From assembly GCA_964016885.1 (NCBI GenBank), contig OZ024741.1, positions 356,748,001-356,812,000 of the forward strand: a stretch of 64,000 bases of DNA, given 5' to 3'. The notes beneath the pieces are model-generated. The model saw nothing but the letters and a program-made list of their open reading frames with translations. It was not told where the DNA came from and searched no databases. Made by a program: the position numbers and the translations under genes. The DNA comes from Eledone cirrhosa. Lineage: Eukaryota. This document shows positions 38,461-49,901 of this stretch, piece by piece; position 1 is the first letter of the stretch; each line of letters starts with the position of its first letter.

Positions 38461-39625
38461 TCTATACATATATATAAAACTATAGTTGTCTGTGTGTGTC
38501 CTTATTTTTGCAAAGTCTATACAAATCCACATTTCTACTCCGATTGACTTCAAACTTGCATTTATATATTCCTTGCGGTCTAAAGATATTAACTGCAGCT
38601 TTTATTTTTCAATTTTCTGTTGTTAAAGGGGTGTTAGGCGCCGGTTATTGATCTCTGTCGCGCCCTTATAATATCTGTATGTCTGGTTGTCTGCATTACG
38701 ACATTATGACAAACATTGATGATGTATTATGTTTGCTATTTTCCGTTCATTGCCAGGGAACGTCTTCACGAATCAAAGTATCGTTTTCCTGTTTTCCTTC
38801 AGTTGCAAAGTTTTTCGAAATATTTACTTCTGCGTTCACAGATTGATTTTTTTAGTTTTCAGAAGATCCCGTTAAGGGTGAAAGCAGTGATTCTTCGCTT
38901 AAACTTTAATCTGTTATTTTAATATATAATATAATCGAGGCAAGCCAGCCCAGTTGCCACTTCTTGCCAATAAACATTAACCCTTTTTGCGCCATTCATC
39001 TAACTGTAGACCAACAAATACCAACTAAACGGAGCGTTGACAAGAACGATGGCAAATGAATCTTCGAGGTAAGCAGTTTCCTGCCAAGCTGTTAGTTCAC
39101 GTCGGATTCTCTGCTACACCTTTTCGTAATAATACCGAACAACGTACTGCTGGTCACTCTTTCCTCCAAAAGCCATACAAAGTAGACATGTGCATTGGGC
39201 AGATGGATCTGGTGCAAATCTACACCATGCCTACGCAAGAAATTCGCAAGGGACTGCACCGAGAAGAATAGAGAGCAAGAGTAACTTAGTGGAGAGTGTG
39301 CGAATGAACTTTTGAGGTAAGTAGCCTACGCCTTACTGCTATTGCACTGGAACCCTCTGCCAACTTAACCTGTGACTTTCTCTTTCATATTTACTCCAAT
39401 AGGCCAACAGAGGAGTATGAAAAGAAGGAGCTCAACAATATTTCTATAAACAATGCACGTAGACAGCTAAACTGTACTTTCAACTTCTTAATTTTCTCCA
39501 AATAAAACAAGTTTCCTGTCGGTATATTTTCGTGAGTTTTTAACAGGCACTCACAAATAAACGTTTCTCATTGGAGGTACTATTACCAATGTTCTTATCC
39601 GTGCAATGCCGGGATACACTGCTAG
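38461..39625 (+). mobile_element. Non-autonomous Helitron
   Basis: A|TCTATACATATATATAAAA 5' end; subterminal hairpin TCCGTGCAATGCCGGGA and CTAG|T 3' end; no TSD. Confidence 0.8.
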
Positions 39626-40894
39626 TACACATTAAATTTAATTTTATGTAAGACTTCCAAGTGGGTCAAAACACATCTGGAGTTTTCTTCCATTTCTTGC
39701 CAATGGAAATTTAGTTATCTATAAATTTTCTTTTCATTACTGCATGCCTAAATTTATTTTAATTTAATGTTTTAATCATTAACTCTTGACATCTTGTAAT
39801 GATTTAACAGAAAATATATAAAGAATATAGGTTTATTAATTCAAATATTTACTGGTTGATCAATTGTTGTGAAAATTTCTAATGTGATGCAGTTATAGTG
39901 TTGTTCTGTACTTTTCAAGAATGTCTTTCTAATATGGTTTCAAATTGGTACATGATGTTAAGGGTTAAATGTAGTTTCACTGTTGACATAGGCAGGTGAA
40001 GGGATCTCATGTTTTTATTTATTTATCTATCTATTTAGGTCACTGAAAATATAAGGCATTTGCTTTATTTTTTTAAATAGAATTTTATTGCTTGCTAACT
40101 AAAAGAAAAATAAGGAAAATAAAGAATTTTGGTATGCAGCATCACATAGTCAACATAGATGAATATTTGGTCGACTGTGCTGGACCTGGGTGAAAACCAC
40201 ACTGTTTGTCAGCTATCTTAAACTCAACAATATCCCTACATCACTTTGATAGACATGTTTGGAGCAATGGCACTATTGTCATTTGCATGCTGTCCATCGA
40301 CTTCAGTTGTCTATTCACACCCCTGGCCCTATTTGCTGGTGCATGCATGATCATGATCATGTCACAGAGCACTGCATGCATTGTCACTCAGCGTTACAGT
40401 GGAAGCAGTGCATTCCTTCATTTGTGTGGTGTGAAGGTTGGGTGGCAGCGTTCTTTGTTGTCGTGCCCATCACCCCTTGCCTTCCATTTCACTTCTTCAT
40501 GCCATGCAGCACCTCACCAGTCGCGCATCCACATCATGATTTTCTTTTGAATGGGTCGTTTTCTGTCAATATAAGTTTATCACAATTTTAAATGAATTTC
40601 ATTTTTTATAGTACTTAAATAAAATGTGGCTTTTTTCCCTGTGACATTTTTTTTTCCTGGAATCAATATGAACATGCTTAATATGGAAACCAGAATAACA
40701 GAAAAACATATTCTAGATTAAAGTAGGTCAACTAAGAAAAAAAAACATTAAGATATTTCCTGAAATGTTAAGATTACTTTTGAAAACCAAGGCAGGCAGC
40801 TGACAGTTCACATGAATGATAAACTACATTTCACAGGTAATGAGAAAAAAAATTAAAAAGACTTGTTAAATATTTTTTGTTTTTAGATTTTTAA

Positions 40895-41848
40895 ATGGAA
40901 TCCTATCTGCTTGCAATTTTAATTATTACAATAACTGCTTTGTTTTTTCTATGTTTGTGCTTATTACGTTGTTACATAATTCGTGAGCGAACATGCTTGA
41001 GTCATGCTGATCTCACTGGTAAAATAGCAATTGTAACTGGAGCCAATGTTGGTCTTGGTAAGGAAACTGCTCTGGAGTTATCACTAAGAGGAGCCAAAGT
41101 AATAGTAGCCTGTCGTAATCAAGGCAAAGGAGAAGAATGTGCTGCTGAAATTCATAGTCTGTCTAAGCAAGAAGTATTATTCTATAAACTTGATTTGGCA
41201 TCATTGAAGTCTGTAAGAGAATTCTGTGAAATTATTATTCAGAAAGAACCACACATTGATATATTAGTGAATAATGCTGGAGTTTTCCGATGTCCATATA
41301 CGCTAACAGAAGATGGTTTTGAAATGCATATTGGTGTGAACTATCTGGGCCATTTTTTACTGACAAATCTTCTACTGGATCTACTTAAAAAGTCTTCAGA
41401 AGCTCGTATTGTCTGTGTGGGAAGTTTCCTTTATACTAGAGGAAACATTGATTTTGAAGATTTCCACTGTGAAAGGAACTATAGCCGAACACTGGCTTAT
41501 TGTAATAGTAAACTTGCCATAAGTTTATTCTGTCGAGAACTTAGCAAACATCTACAAAATAGAGGTGTAAATGTGTATTGTGTTAATCCTGGAATTGTAA
41601 GAACAAATTTACTTCAGCATTCTGTTCCTTCTTTCATTCAGTATATACAGCCCATATTTCCAATATTTTTAAATGCAAGAGAAGGAGCACAATCAATAAT
41701 CAATTGTGCTATTTCAGAACAACTTGTTCAAGAAACTGGATTTTATTATTCTGGTTGCCAACGACGGCAATGGCATAATAAAGCTCTAAATGAAGATGTA
41801 GCAAAAAGACTATGGGAGTTTAGTAAAAGGTTAACTGGATTGCCTTAA
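40895..41848 (+). CDS. Retinol dehydrogenase 11/12/13-like classical SDR, 317 aa, N-terminal membrane anchor, intronless CDS
   Basis: TGANVGLG (Rossmann), LDLASLKSVREF, LVNNAG, GFEMHIGVNYLGHFLLT, YCNSK catalytic motif, NPGIVRT, AKRLWE; splice acceptor tttttag 8 nt before the ATG. Confidence 0.93.
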   Translation: MESYLLAILIITITALFFLCLCLLRCYIIRERTCLSHADLTGKIAIVTGANVGLGKETALELSLRGAKVIVACRNQGKGEECAAEIHSLSKQEVLFYKLDLASLKSVREFCEIIIQKEPHIDILVNNAGVFRCPYTLTEDGFEMHIGVNYLGHFLLTNLLLDLLKKSSEARIVCVGSFLYTRGNIDFEDFHCERNYSRTLAYCNSKLAISLFCRELSKHLQNRGVNVYCVNPGIVRTNLLQHSVPSFIQYIQPIFPIFLNAREGAQSIINCAISEQLVQETGFYYSGCQRRQWHNKALNEDVAKRLWEFSKRLTGLP

Positions 41849-44800
41849 TAGGTATGTAAACAACAATATCTTCCATGTTTAATTTTCTTACCATATTTCT
41901 AATAGCAGATGTTGCTTATGATTTTCAAATAATTAATTTATTTAATTAAACCCTTTGTTTCTATATTTCTAATGGCAGGCACCGCCTATGATTTTGAAAT
42001 AATTTTTAGAATAATCATTAATTTATTGAATTAATCTTTTTGTTACCATATTTTTAATGTTAGACACTACTTATGATTTTCAAGTATTTTTGAAAATAAT
42101 CAAGAATTTGAAAAGATTTAGCAATATAACTAACTTTCTCATTATTGAGTTGACATTATAGAGTGGAGGATTAGCAGAATCATTAGAGTGTTGGTTGAAG
42201 TGCTTTGAAGCATCTAGTTATGATCCTTTATGTTCTGACTTCAAATCCCACCCAGGTCAGTTTTGCCTTTTATCTTTCCAGGGTCAATGAAATATTGTAC
42301 CAATCAAGTACTAGAATAAATTTAATTGACTTCCCTTCCTCATCCAGAATTACTGGCTTTGAGCCTAAATTAAAAACCATTATTAAGTTGATACGTGGAA
42401 CATAACAAAGGTTCTTACATAAAATTATGATGGAAGGTTTTTAGATAAATATAAACATTTAAAACTTTTTGTTACCATATTTCTAATGAAAGACTAATGA
42501 TCATCATCTATGCACATTACATACTAGTGTAATCTTTTCTTCTGCATACTACATATGAGTTCTCTTATACTCAGTTTTCTCTCAAGTTGTCTGTGCTTTA
42601 TTGTTCATATGCACAAACATTATACATCCAGTGGAATACACTCAATTCATTTCTTTGCTTTAGTTTTTATTTGTTTTGTTTTTCAAAATGGTGAAATTTT
42701 TTTTAAACATCTGCTCCATTTTCGGTACTATTTATGAACAATATGGACAGTGATTGAAATATTTTATATTGATTTCATATAAGTTCAAGTTTGCTTTTCA
42801 TACTTTTAAGGTTGATAAAATAAAGTACTAGCTCAGGATGGCAGATTGGGAGCATTGTTAGTATTGAATAAGATGGTTTATGGCATTTGTTCCAGCTCTT
42901 TGCATTCTGAATTCAATTCCCACTATAGCTTATGTAAATGGTAGACTGAATTTATCACCCAAATATCACATCCCCTTGGGGGTCTTAAGTAAAAAGCATT
43001 TGGACTAGGTCTCTGGTTTAAAGACACCTCCCTCCCTCCCACTGAATCAACCTTGGAAACCCTGGAAGAAGAAGGTGAAAGTGATTTACTGGAAGAAGCA
43101 AGTAAATGTCCTTATTCATACACATTTCAATATAGTCATTGAAACATTCCTATTTCATCATCTTAATTTTATGTTTGTTTTTCTCCACTAACATGAATCC
43201 ATTCCATTCTGACTCAGTGGTCTTCTGACAATAGAGTTGTCCCAGTTTTATAAGCCTATGTGGAATGAAAATCCAAATTCATTTAATTCCAACAGAAAAA
43301 TGGAAATAAAATGAAGATGATAAGAAATACTTCTAGAGAAACAAGGACTAGGTCATAGTTTTTTGTTGATTCTCTTTCGACAAACCTTTTTAATCCTTTC
43401 AATTAATGAAAATGCTAGCATGTATATAAAATTCAAATAAAGAAAAACAGCCATGAAAAATTATGGACGAACAAAAAAAAAAGATTTTTAGAAATATATA
43501 TTATTGCTCAAATTTCATTTTTGTATTCTCTCTCAGTTTAAACACAATAAAACTACTTTTGTCAGCTTTGAAAATTGTTCCTAAATACTGAGAGTAAGTT
43601 TATTCTTTAGCTTGTAACTTATCACTTTAACAATTAAGACTATTGTAGCCATGAGACCCCTTTCGGTCACGAATGACCATGGGATTTCCATCTAGAAAGT
43701 TTCCTCTCCAAGACACAAGTCCAGGCAAGATGTTTTTGTGGAAGACCAGCAGTCGCCCATACATGCCAGTCTGCCCTCTCCATTCCACCAATGTTGTCCA
43801 AGGGAAACGCAAAGGTCGATACAGCTTGGCACCTGTGACATCGCAACTCATTTCTACAATTGAGCAAACTGGAGCAATGTGAAATAAAGTGTCTTGCTCA
43901 AGGACACAAAGCATCACCCAGTCTGGGAATCGAACTAACAACCTCATGATTACAAGCCCAACGCTCTAACCACTAAGCCATGCACCATATAATTTATTAT
44001 AATCAAAAATACATTTTTAAAAAATGTAAATTTAGCTCATATTTATCTAACTCAATGTAATTTTTCACTTTCAATCTTATCTGAAATTGTTTCAAATATC
44101 TGGGTCATAATTGTGGCTTTTATTAGTTTTTTTTTTTTTTTTTTTTCCATAATTGTAGCTGTTGTTTATTTTATACAAATAAATTTTAAAAAATAAAAAT
44201 TAAATAAAATATTAATTTCAGAGCTGCTCAAGATAGGCTAAGATATGTGCTCTACTAAATGAAAACTCATGGTGTATTGGCCTAATTTTTGGTCTTTTAT
44301 TCTACAAAATAGTATATTTTATTGACTTGTTTTATATTACAAGAATATCAATATCATATACAATCTACATTAGGTTTATGATTTACAAAAGAAACAAATC
44401 AAATCAATGTTGTGAGGGTGTTTAGCTATTTCACCACATTAACCTTTTAACATTTACATTACTCTATATTTGCCATTATATTTTTGTGATAAAGTAGAAA
44501 ACAATTATATTTTTGTGATAAAGGCTTTATATCACATGATATCGAATCTACGAGATTTTGATATTATTTATTTTGAGAACAATACCTTAACATCAGTATG
44601 AGCGGCCAGTTACAGCCGGTTTGAACAGAAAGAGTTGGCCAGATATGGCCGGTTTAAATGCTAAAGGGTTAATCAAGCTATCACCCATGATAATGCTGTC
44701 TTGGCTTGTCTAAAAGGTTTTTAGAGAGCAACACCTGCATTACCTATAGTAGTGTGTATGTCTCCTCCCTTACTTTTTTTCTTTGACTTTTTTAATGATT

Positions 44801-45349
44801 TGTTTCTCTAGGCAGGAATAAATACTCATAATTATTCATAAAATGGGCATTAAAACTTTGCATTAAAAAAATTATCGTTTTATCAAGGAAAAATTAAATA
44901 CTTAGTAGTTTCATTGCAATGTAACAAATTTAGTCAAGAGTCAACAAATTCTTCTGAATACCTAAGGTTTTATGTCAAACTACAAACCTGTATTAATCAA
45001 AATTAAAAGTTACTATTGAGTAAAAGGGAAAGTCAAGAGATAGATCTGAGTCAAGAGAAAATTTGAAAATGAATATTGAAAATTAAGATTTATATTTTGC
45101 TTATTTTGTGGATGAAGCCACCATGAACCATAAACAAGTAGTTGAAGCCTTGGGCTGGACAATAAGGAATCTGAGAGACAATACTTGCATAATGGGAGGT
45201 GGTTCTTGCTGGTGATTTCAGACAAGCTCTGCTTATAATTCCCTGAAGGACCCAAGCTGATTAGGTTAATGTCTGTCTGAAAACATCCTATCTCTGGCCC
45301 CACTTTCAGTGACTGAGCCTTAAAACCAATGTGTGAGTGCACTTGACTA

Positions 45350-45717
45350 GTAATGAAGGTATCAGTGAATTTGCCATCTAGCTACTTAAATTGGGAAATT
45401 GACTCCTGGAAAGGACACCAATGACCAAATTCAGTTGTCAGAACAAGAACTGATTGGCAGAGTTTTTCCAAACATTCAGATCAGACAATATGATCCCAAA
45501 TGGCTCTGTAAACAAGTAAACGTTGTTGTGAAAGAAATCAAAAGAAAGTTACTGGACATGTTACTGAGAGAGAAAAGATGCTATAAATCAGTTGACACAA
45601 CCACTTCCCAGGACCATGTTGTAAACTATCCAACTGAATTTTCGAACAGCCTTGATCTAACAGGAATTCAACCAAACAATCTGATGCCGAAGCTTGGAAC
45701 ATCAGTTATGCTACTTT
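45350..45717 (+). mobile_element. Helitron Pif1-type helicase fragment (decayed)
   Basis: LIGRVFPNI..KWLC..YKSVD..NYPTEFSNSLDLTGIQPNNL..KLGTSVMLL resembles YPTEFLNSLxxxGxPPHxLxLKxGxPVMLL. Confidence 0.8.
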
Positions 45718-47087
45718 GACCTCCCTTTGTATCTCCCTGCAGAATACTCACCATTTTCGCGTCTGGCCAGAGAGCATAGCAAAACTCACACACTCATTTG
45801 CACAAGTCATAACAAGTGTCTGCACTCTACTACAGCACACAGACCAAAGGAGAGACAGCCTGCACTTCCAAAGTGACATCACTGGTCCCTCGCTTCTGGC
45901 ATGATTGCTCCTGCACATCCAGCTCCCTAGCCCCACAGTATGTATGTTGTGGGAGCCACTATAATTGTTGTTATACCTGATAGACACGATCCTACTGCCT
46001 TAGAGGCAAAGGTGGGTGAAAGCTACAATGTAAAAATTTAAATACACTTTCATAAATTACAGAAATGAATAAGTAAATACTTCATAATAGTTCATTCATG
46101 AGCCAATGCTCACTTTTTTTTTTATTTTATTTTATTTCATTTATAGTTTTCGAAATAGCCTTCGGGTGTTTGTTTGTTTTTTAATTTTATTTTATTTTAT
46201 TTCGGAGGTTCTGGTTGTACAAAAAAAAAAAAAAAAAAGATAAATAAAATATTCTAAATTTATTTTTGATCCTACATTTTTCACTGACAACATACTAATG
46301 ATTCAGCTATGGGTGAAACATTATTATGTTGCCTACAAAAGGGAGTATGTAGTATCAAAAATAATAGTATTTTTATCTGAACAAGCGATAATGAAAATTC
46401 TGCTAAATTTCTACTTTAGTGAAAATATAGTAATCCTATTTTATTGGTCAAATATTTTGTAATATGCACCAAAATATAGTTATTTTAATAAAATACTCGG
46501 GCATTGTTCGGTATTTCTACAATAAACTAATTAAAGGCTTTAAAAATTACCCCCAACCCGGCGTTTCTGCTATAATTATTTTAATACTATGTTATTCATA
46601 TTATAATTCATTAGTATCGATATCACACAAACATATATACCGATAAATACGCACATCTCAAGAATTCATAGCTGGGTTGCGATAAATAATACAAATATCA
46701 AACGTAATATAAATTATGTACTTTTGTTATCAAATTAATTTCTTTCCTTTTTCTCGTTGATATAACTTGTAATTTTATGAATATTGATACTTTCCCGTGT
46801 TTGTTTTTCGTTCATACAGTTCATTCTAAATACAGTTAAACCTGTTGGAACACCGCTGACAGCTAGTCCAATCAACATTGCCAGCTTCAAGATTATAGGG
46901 GCTTATACGTGGTTGCTGAAATTGTTAGAAATAGCAGCCAAATATTCCTTAAATCACACTCTTATGAAGTTGACGTTAGACAGTGTATTCTTAGCCCTAA
47001 AAAAAATATAAGATGGTTACGGTTGGAAATCTGTTTGATCACAGAGGCTAAAGAACAGCACGATTATCAATGACGAAATCAATTAAG

Positions 47088-47158
47088 AAAATGAAAATAT
47101 CTCGTCTGATTCACCGGATTCATTGCCTATGTGCACGTTAGGGCACCCTCGTCGGCTG

Positions 47159-47247
<89 letters not shown>

Positions 47248-47300
47248 GGGGACCACGATAGATGAATCCGGTTAATCGGACAAGGTATTTTCATTTTTTT
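47088..47300. mobile_element. MITE-like inverted repeat enclosing (TG)n(TA)n
   Basis: AAATGAAAATATCTCGTCTGATTCACCGGATTCAT / ATGAATCCGGTTAATCGGACAAGGTATTTTCATTT. Confidence 0.55.
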
Positions 47301-48467
47301 CAAACAGAATCAATTGTCAATGATACCTAACAACAGTTTCTTATGCGCGCTGATAAAATTACTGGACTATCCCATGGAGAAGAAATAAATGGAAAATCTA
47401 AATTAGTAAAAATAATATCCTCTTGCTGCAGAGGATCCGGACAAAACCATTCCAGGACACCTTTTTGACTACAACGCCCCCAAATTAAGTCGCAAATGAG
47501 GGTTGTTGGTTATTCGACAGCATTTTTTCAGAATATTGTTTTGTTGTTTCGTTTTCTTTTTCTTCTCAAAAGTTCTTTTGAACAAAATAATGAAAGTAAT
47601 GTAATACTGTATAATGGTTTCTGATTTAGGCACAAAGCCAACAATTTTAGGGGTGGGAAAAGTCGATTAAATCTATCCCAGTGCGTTGCTGGTACTTTAT
47701 TTTATCGACCCCGAAAGGATGAAAGGCAAAACTAACCTCAACATTAGTTATCTTACTGTTTCACTTACTATAATTAAACGAAACTAAAAATTAAATAATA
47801 AATTAATCATTTGATTTTTGTTTTATAATTCTTCGTTTTCAAAATTGTAATTATTACGTATTTATTTAGTTTGTTTTTTACAACGGGGGTTTCTGTCCCA
47901 CATTACAACATAAACATGGGATTGAATGCACCAGAGGGGTTTGTGCTATTCTCGTGCTGAATTATATAATTACCACAACCGATGACCAATTATTACATAA
48001 TTTTGGAATGATTTAAAGGAAAACATGTTAAAAATGGAAGAAGATTCTCATTCCACTGACAGAAATAAGAGTTTTTGTCGAATTATTTATATATATATAT
48101 ATATATATATGGATTTGTTAAATAAATACATTAAACATGCACTGCATTAAGGGCTCTATACAGTATATAGAGTCAATTGATAACTATATATATGTTACCA
48201 TCTTGAAGTCAGTATATTTACTTACATATTAATTGTTCTGTATATATGTACAACATACTAGTAGTTTCTCAATCGATATCAATCCTGTTATACACCGTTT
48301 AAACTTGTATACATATAAACTTCTTATGTCCTTCCATTAGTGAATTTTGTGCATGTGTTTGTTTGATTACATATTTCATTATTGTTTTACATATTTCAAT
48401 AGTTGATTTAACAAAAGTGGTTTTCTTCTTCTGTGTTGATATATGTACATACAGATTTTCCGAAAGC

Positions 48468-48971
48468 TCAGAAACCGTCTCCATAACAGCTGGTGAAAGC
48501 GACAACAACAATGACAACAACAACTGCCACAGTAGTTGTGAGAACACCCATCACAAAAAAGAAAAATTTTTGCATGCTAAGCATCCTGACATAAGCTGAA
48601 TCATAATGGTCGACGAAGACAAGTAGTACTCCCATGACAAACATTAGGCTGAAAAAACAATTCCAGCTACAAAAATGCGATATCTTCTCTGGTATACTTT
48701 TGTCCTTGAAGTCTGAGTTTTTCGATTTGTCATTCTCAGAATCATGTGAACCTTCTTTACCAGCCGTATCAAACTCATTTCGACCCGAATCTTCATTTGT
48801 ATCATATTCTACAAAAGCATTTGGATTGCTTTCTTCATCGATCGAAAAAGTGTTTTCATCTGGTTCACTACCGAAATCTTCGTAAAAATCCGAACGGCCA
48901 TACTGAGAGCCATATCCCATAGGGTTCCGTTGATGAAGATAAGGGTGGTATTGATCTGTCATAAAATCCAT
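48468..48971 (-). CDS. Unrecognised 167-aa protein: Tyr/Gly-rich N-terminus, acidic linker, two C-terminal hydrophobic helices; may be the terminal exon of a longer gene
   Basis: 504-nt ORF in very AT-rich DNA with protein-like composition; acceptor-like ttacag 11 nt upstream of the ATG with an open frame between them. Confidence 0.6.
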   Translation of the reverse strand: MDFMTDQYHPYLHQRNPMGYGSQYGRSDFYEDFGSEPDENTFSIDEESNPNAFVEYDTNEDSGRNEFDTAGKEGSHDSENDKSKNSDFKDKSIPEKISHFCSWNCFFSLMFVMGVLLVFVDHYDSAYVRMLSMQKFFFFVMGVLTTTVAVVVVIVVVAFTSCYGDGF

Positions 48972-49603
48972 CTTGATATCGGCTGTAATTGTTAAAGGTT
49001 TGATCAAATATCAAATAATTAGCAATGCAAAACCTGTTTGCTGTAAAGAGACAACCCGAGGTATTTTGATTTTGACGGTGTTCCGAAATACGTCTCTTGT
49101 TTTATATACGACCGTTTTACTCTCCTCTTTTACTCTGCCCCTTCCAAAATTTCATCAATAAATATTGACATATTAAAATTTATATACAGTTTCTATTTAT
49201 TAATCACACCTCAAATTATATGTAAATGTTTACATTTGCTAAATGAAAATATAAGAGAAGAGCATTTGATTTATATTGATTTAGAATCGAGGATTATATT
49301 TCTTGCTTAGAATTCGATATGCCGAGGAAATAATTTATCGAAGCTTCCAGCAGATTGACTAAATTATATGAAATTAATTTTTTACGAGTAAAATTAGAAG
49401 CTAGACATTAAAAAAATTAATACAATACATTTTACAAATTCCGATAAACGTTACATTTTTTTTTTCTCTTGTATGCCTAGTTATAGAACAGAGATCTAGA
49501 TATATGATCCTACTGTTTATTAAAGACTCTGGCTTGTGGTAATTTTCTTTTCTTTTGTAAATCCTATTTATTATTTAAGATGTGTTTTGTATGTACAAAA
49601 GGG

Positions 49604-49901
49604 TGTAATATTTTCCACCATATATATTTAAATGAAATGAAAAGGGTGTGGGGAGGCCCATACACATAATTAGACACCGCAACATGGGGCGCTGGATTTT
49701 CCCCCTAATAATTTTTGAAGCAAAGAAACATATTTGCGGCCTTGTCGCGGGTGGCAGTGAGGCTAAAGCACCCCACGATTATCACCTAACACCTCGACAT
49801 AGCGGGCCACCAACAATGACAAGAACATTGTTGTTAGTGGCCAAGCTCTCCCAAAACGTCTCGAAAACCACAGACTGAAGAAAATACTGTAGTAACCTAC
49901 A
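49604..49901 (-). mobile_element. Unrelated LTR-like block capping the broken integrase
   Basis: Minus strand reads TGTAG...TTACA; GC-richer than flanks; no TSD seen. Confidence 0.4.

Noticed and set aside
39049-39322. Plus-strand first exons (ATG GCA AAT GAA TCT TCG AG|gtaagc; tttgag|gtaagt) for the RDH gene
   Set aside because: Both lie inside a Helitron and resemble each other; exonisation cannot be supported without transcripts
40206-40591. Overlapping 110-114 aa ORFs upstream of RDH
   Set aside because: No recognisable motifs, non-ATG starts; probably decayed repeat
46784-47011. Exon-like segment with an acceptor at ~46997 (-)
   Set aside because: Stops in all frames after the acceptor; contains a repeat-like motif (TTTGGCTGCTATTTCT) also seen near 56110 and 56260
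48468-49007. Reflectin-like protein
   Set aside because: Only the first ~30 aa are M/Y/D-rich; no repeated M/FD(X)5MD(X)5MD motifs, and it has TM helices
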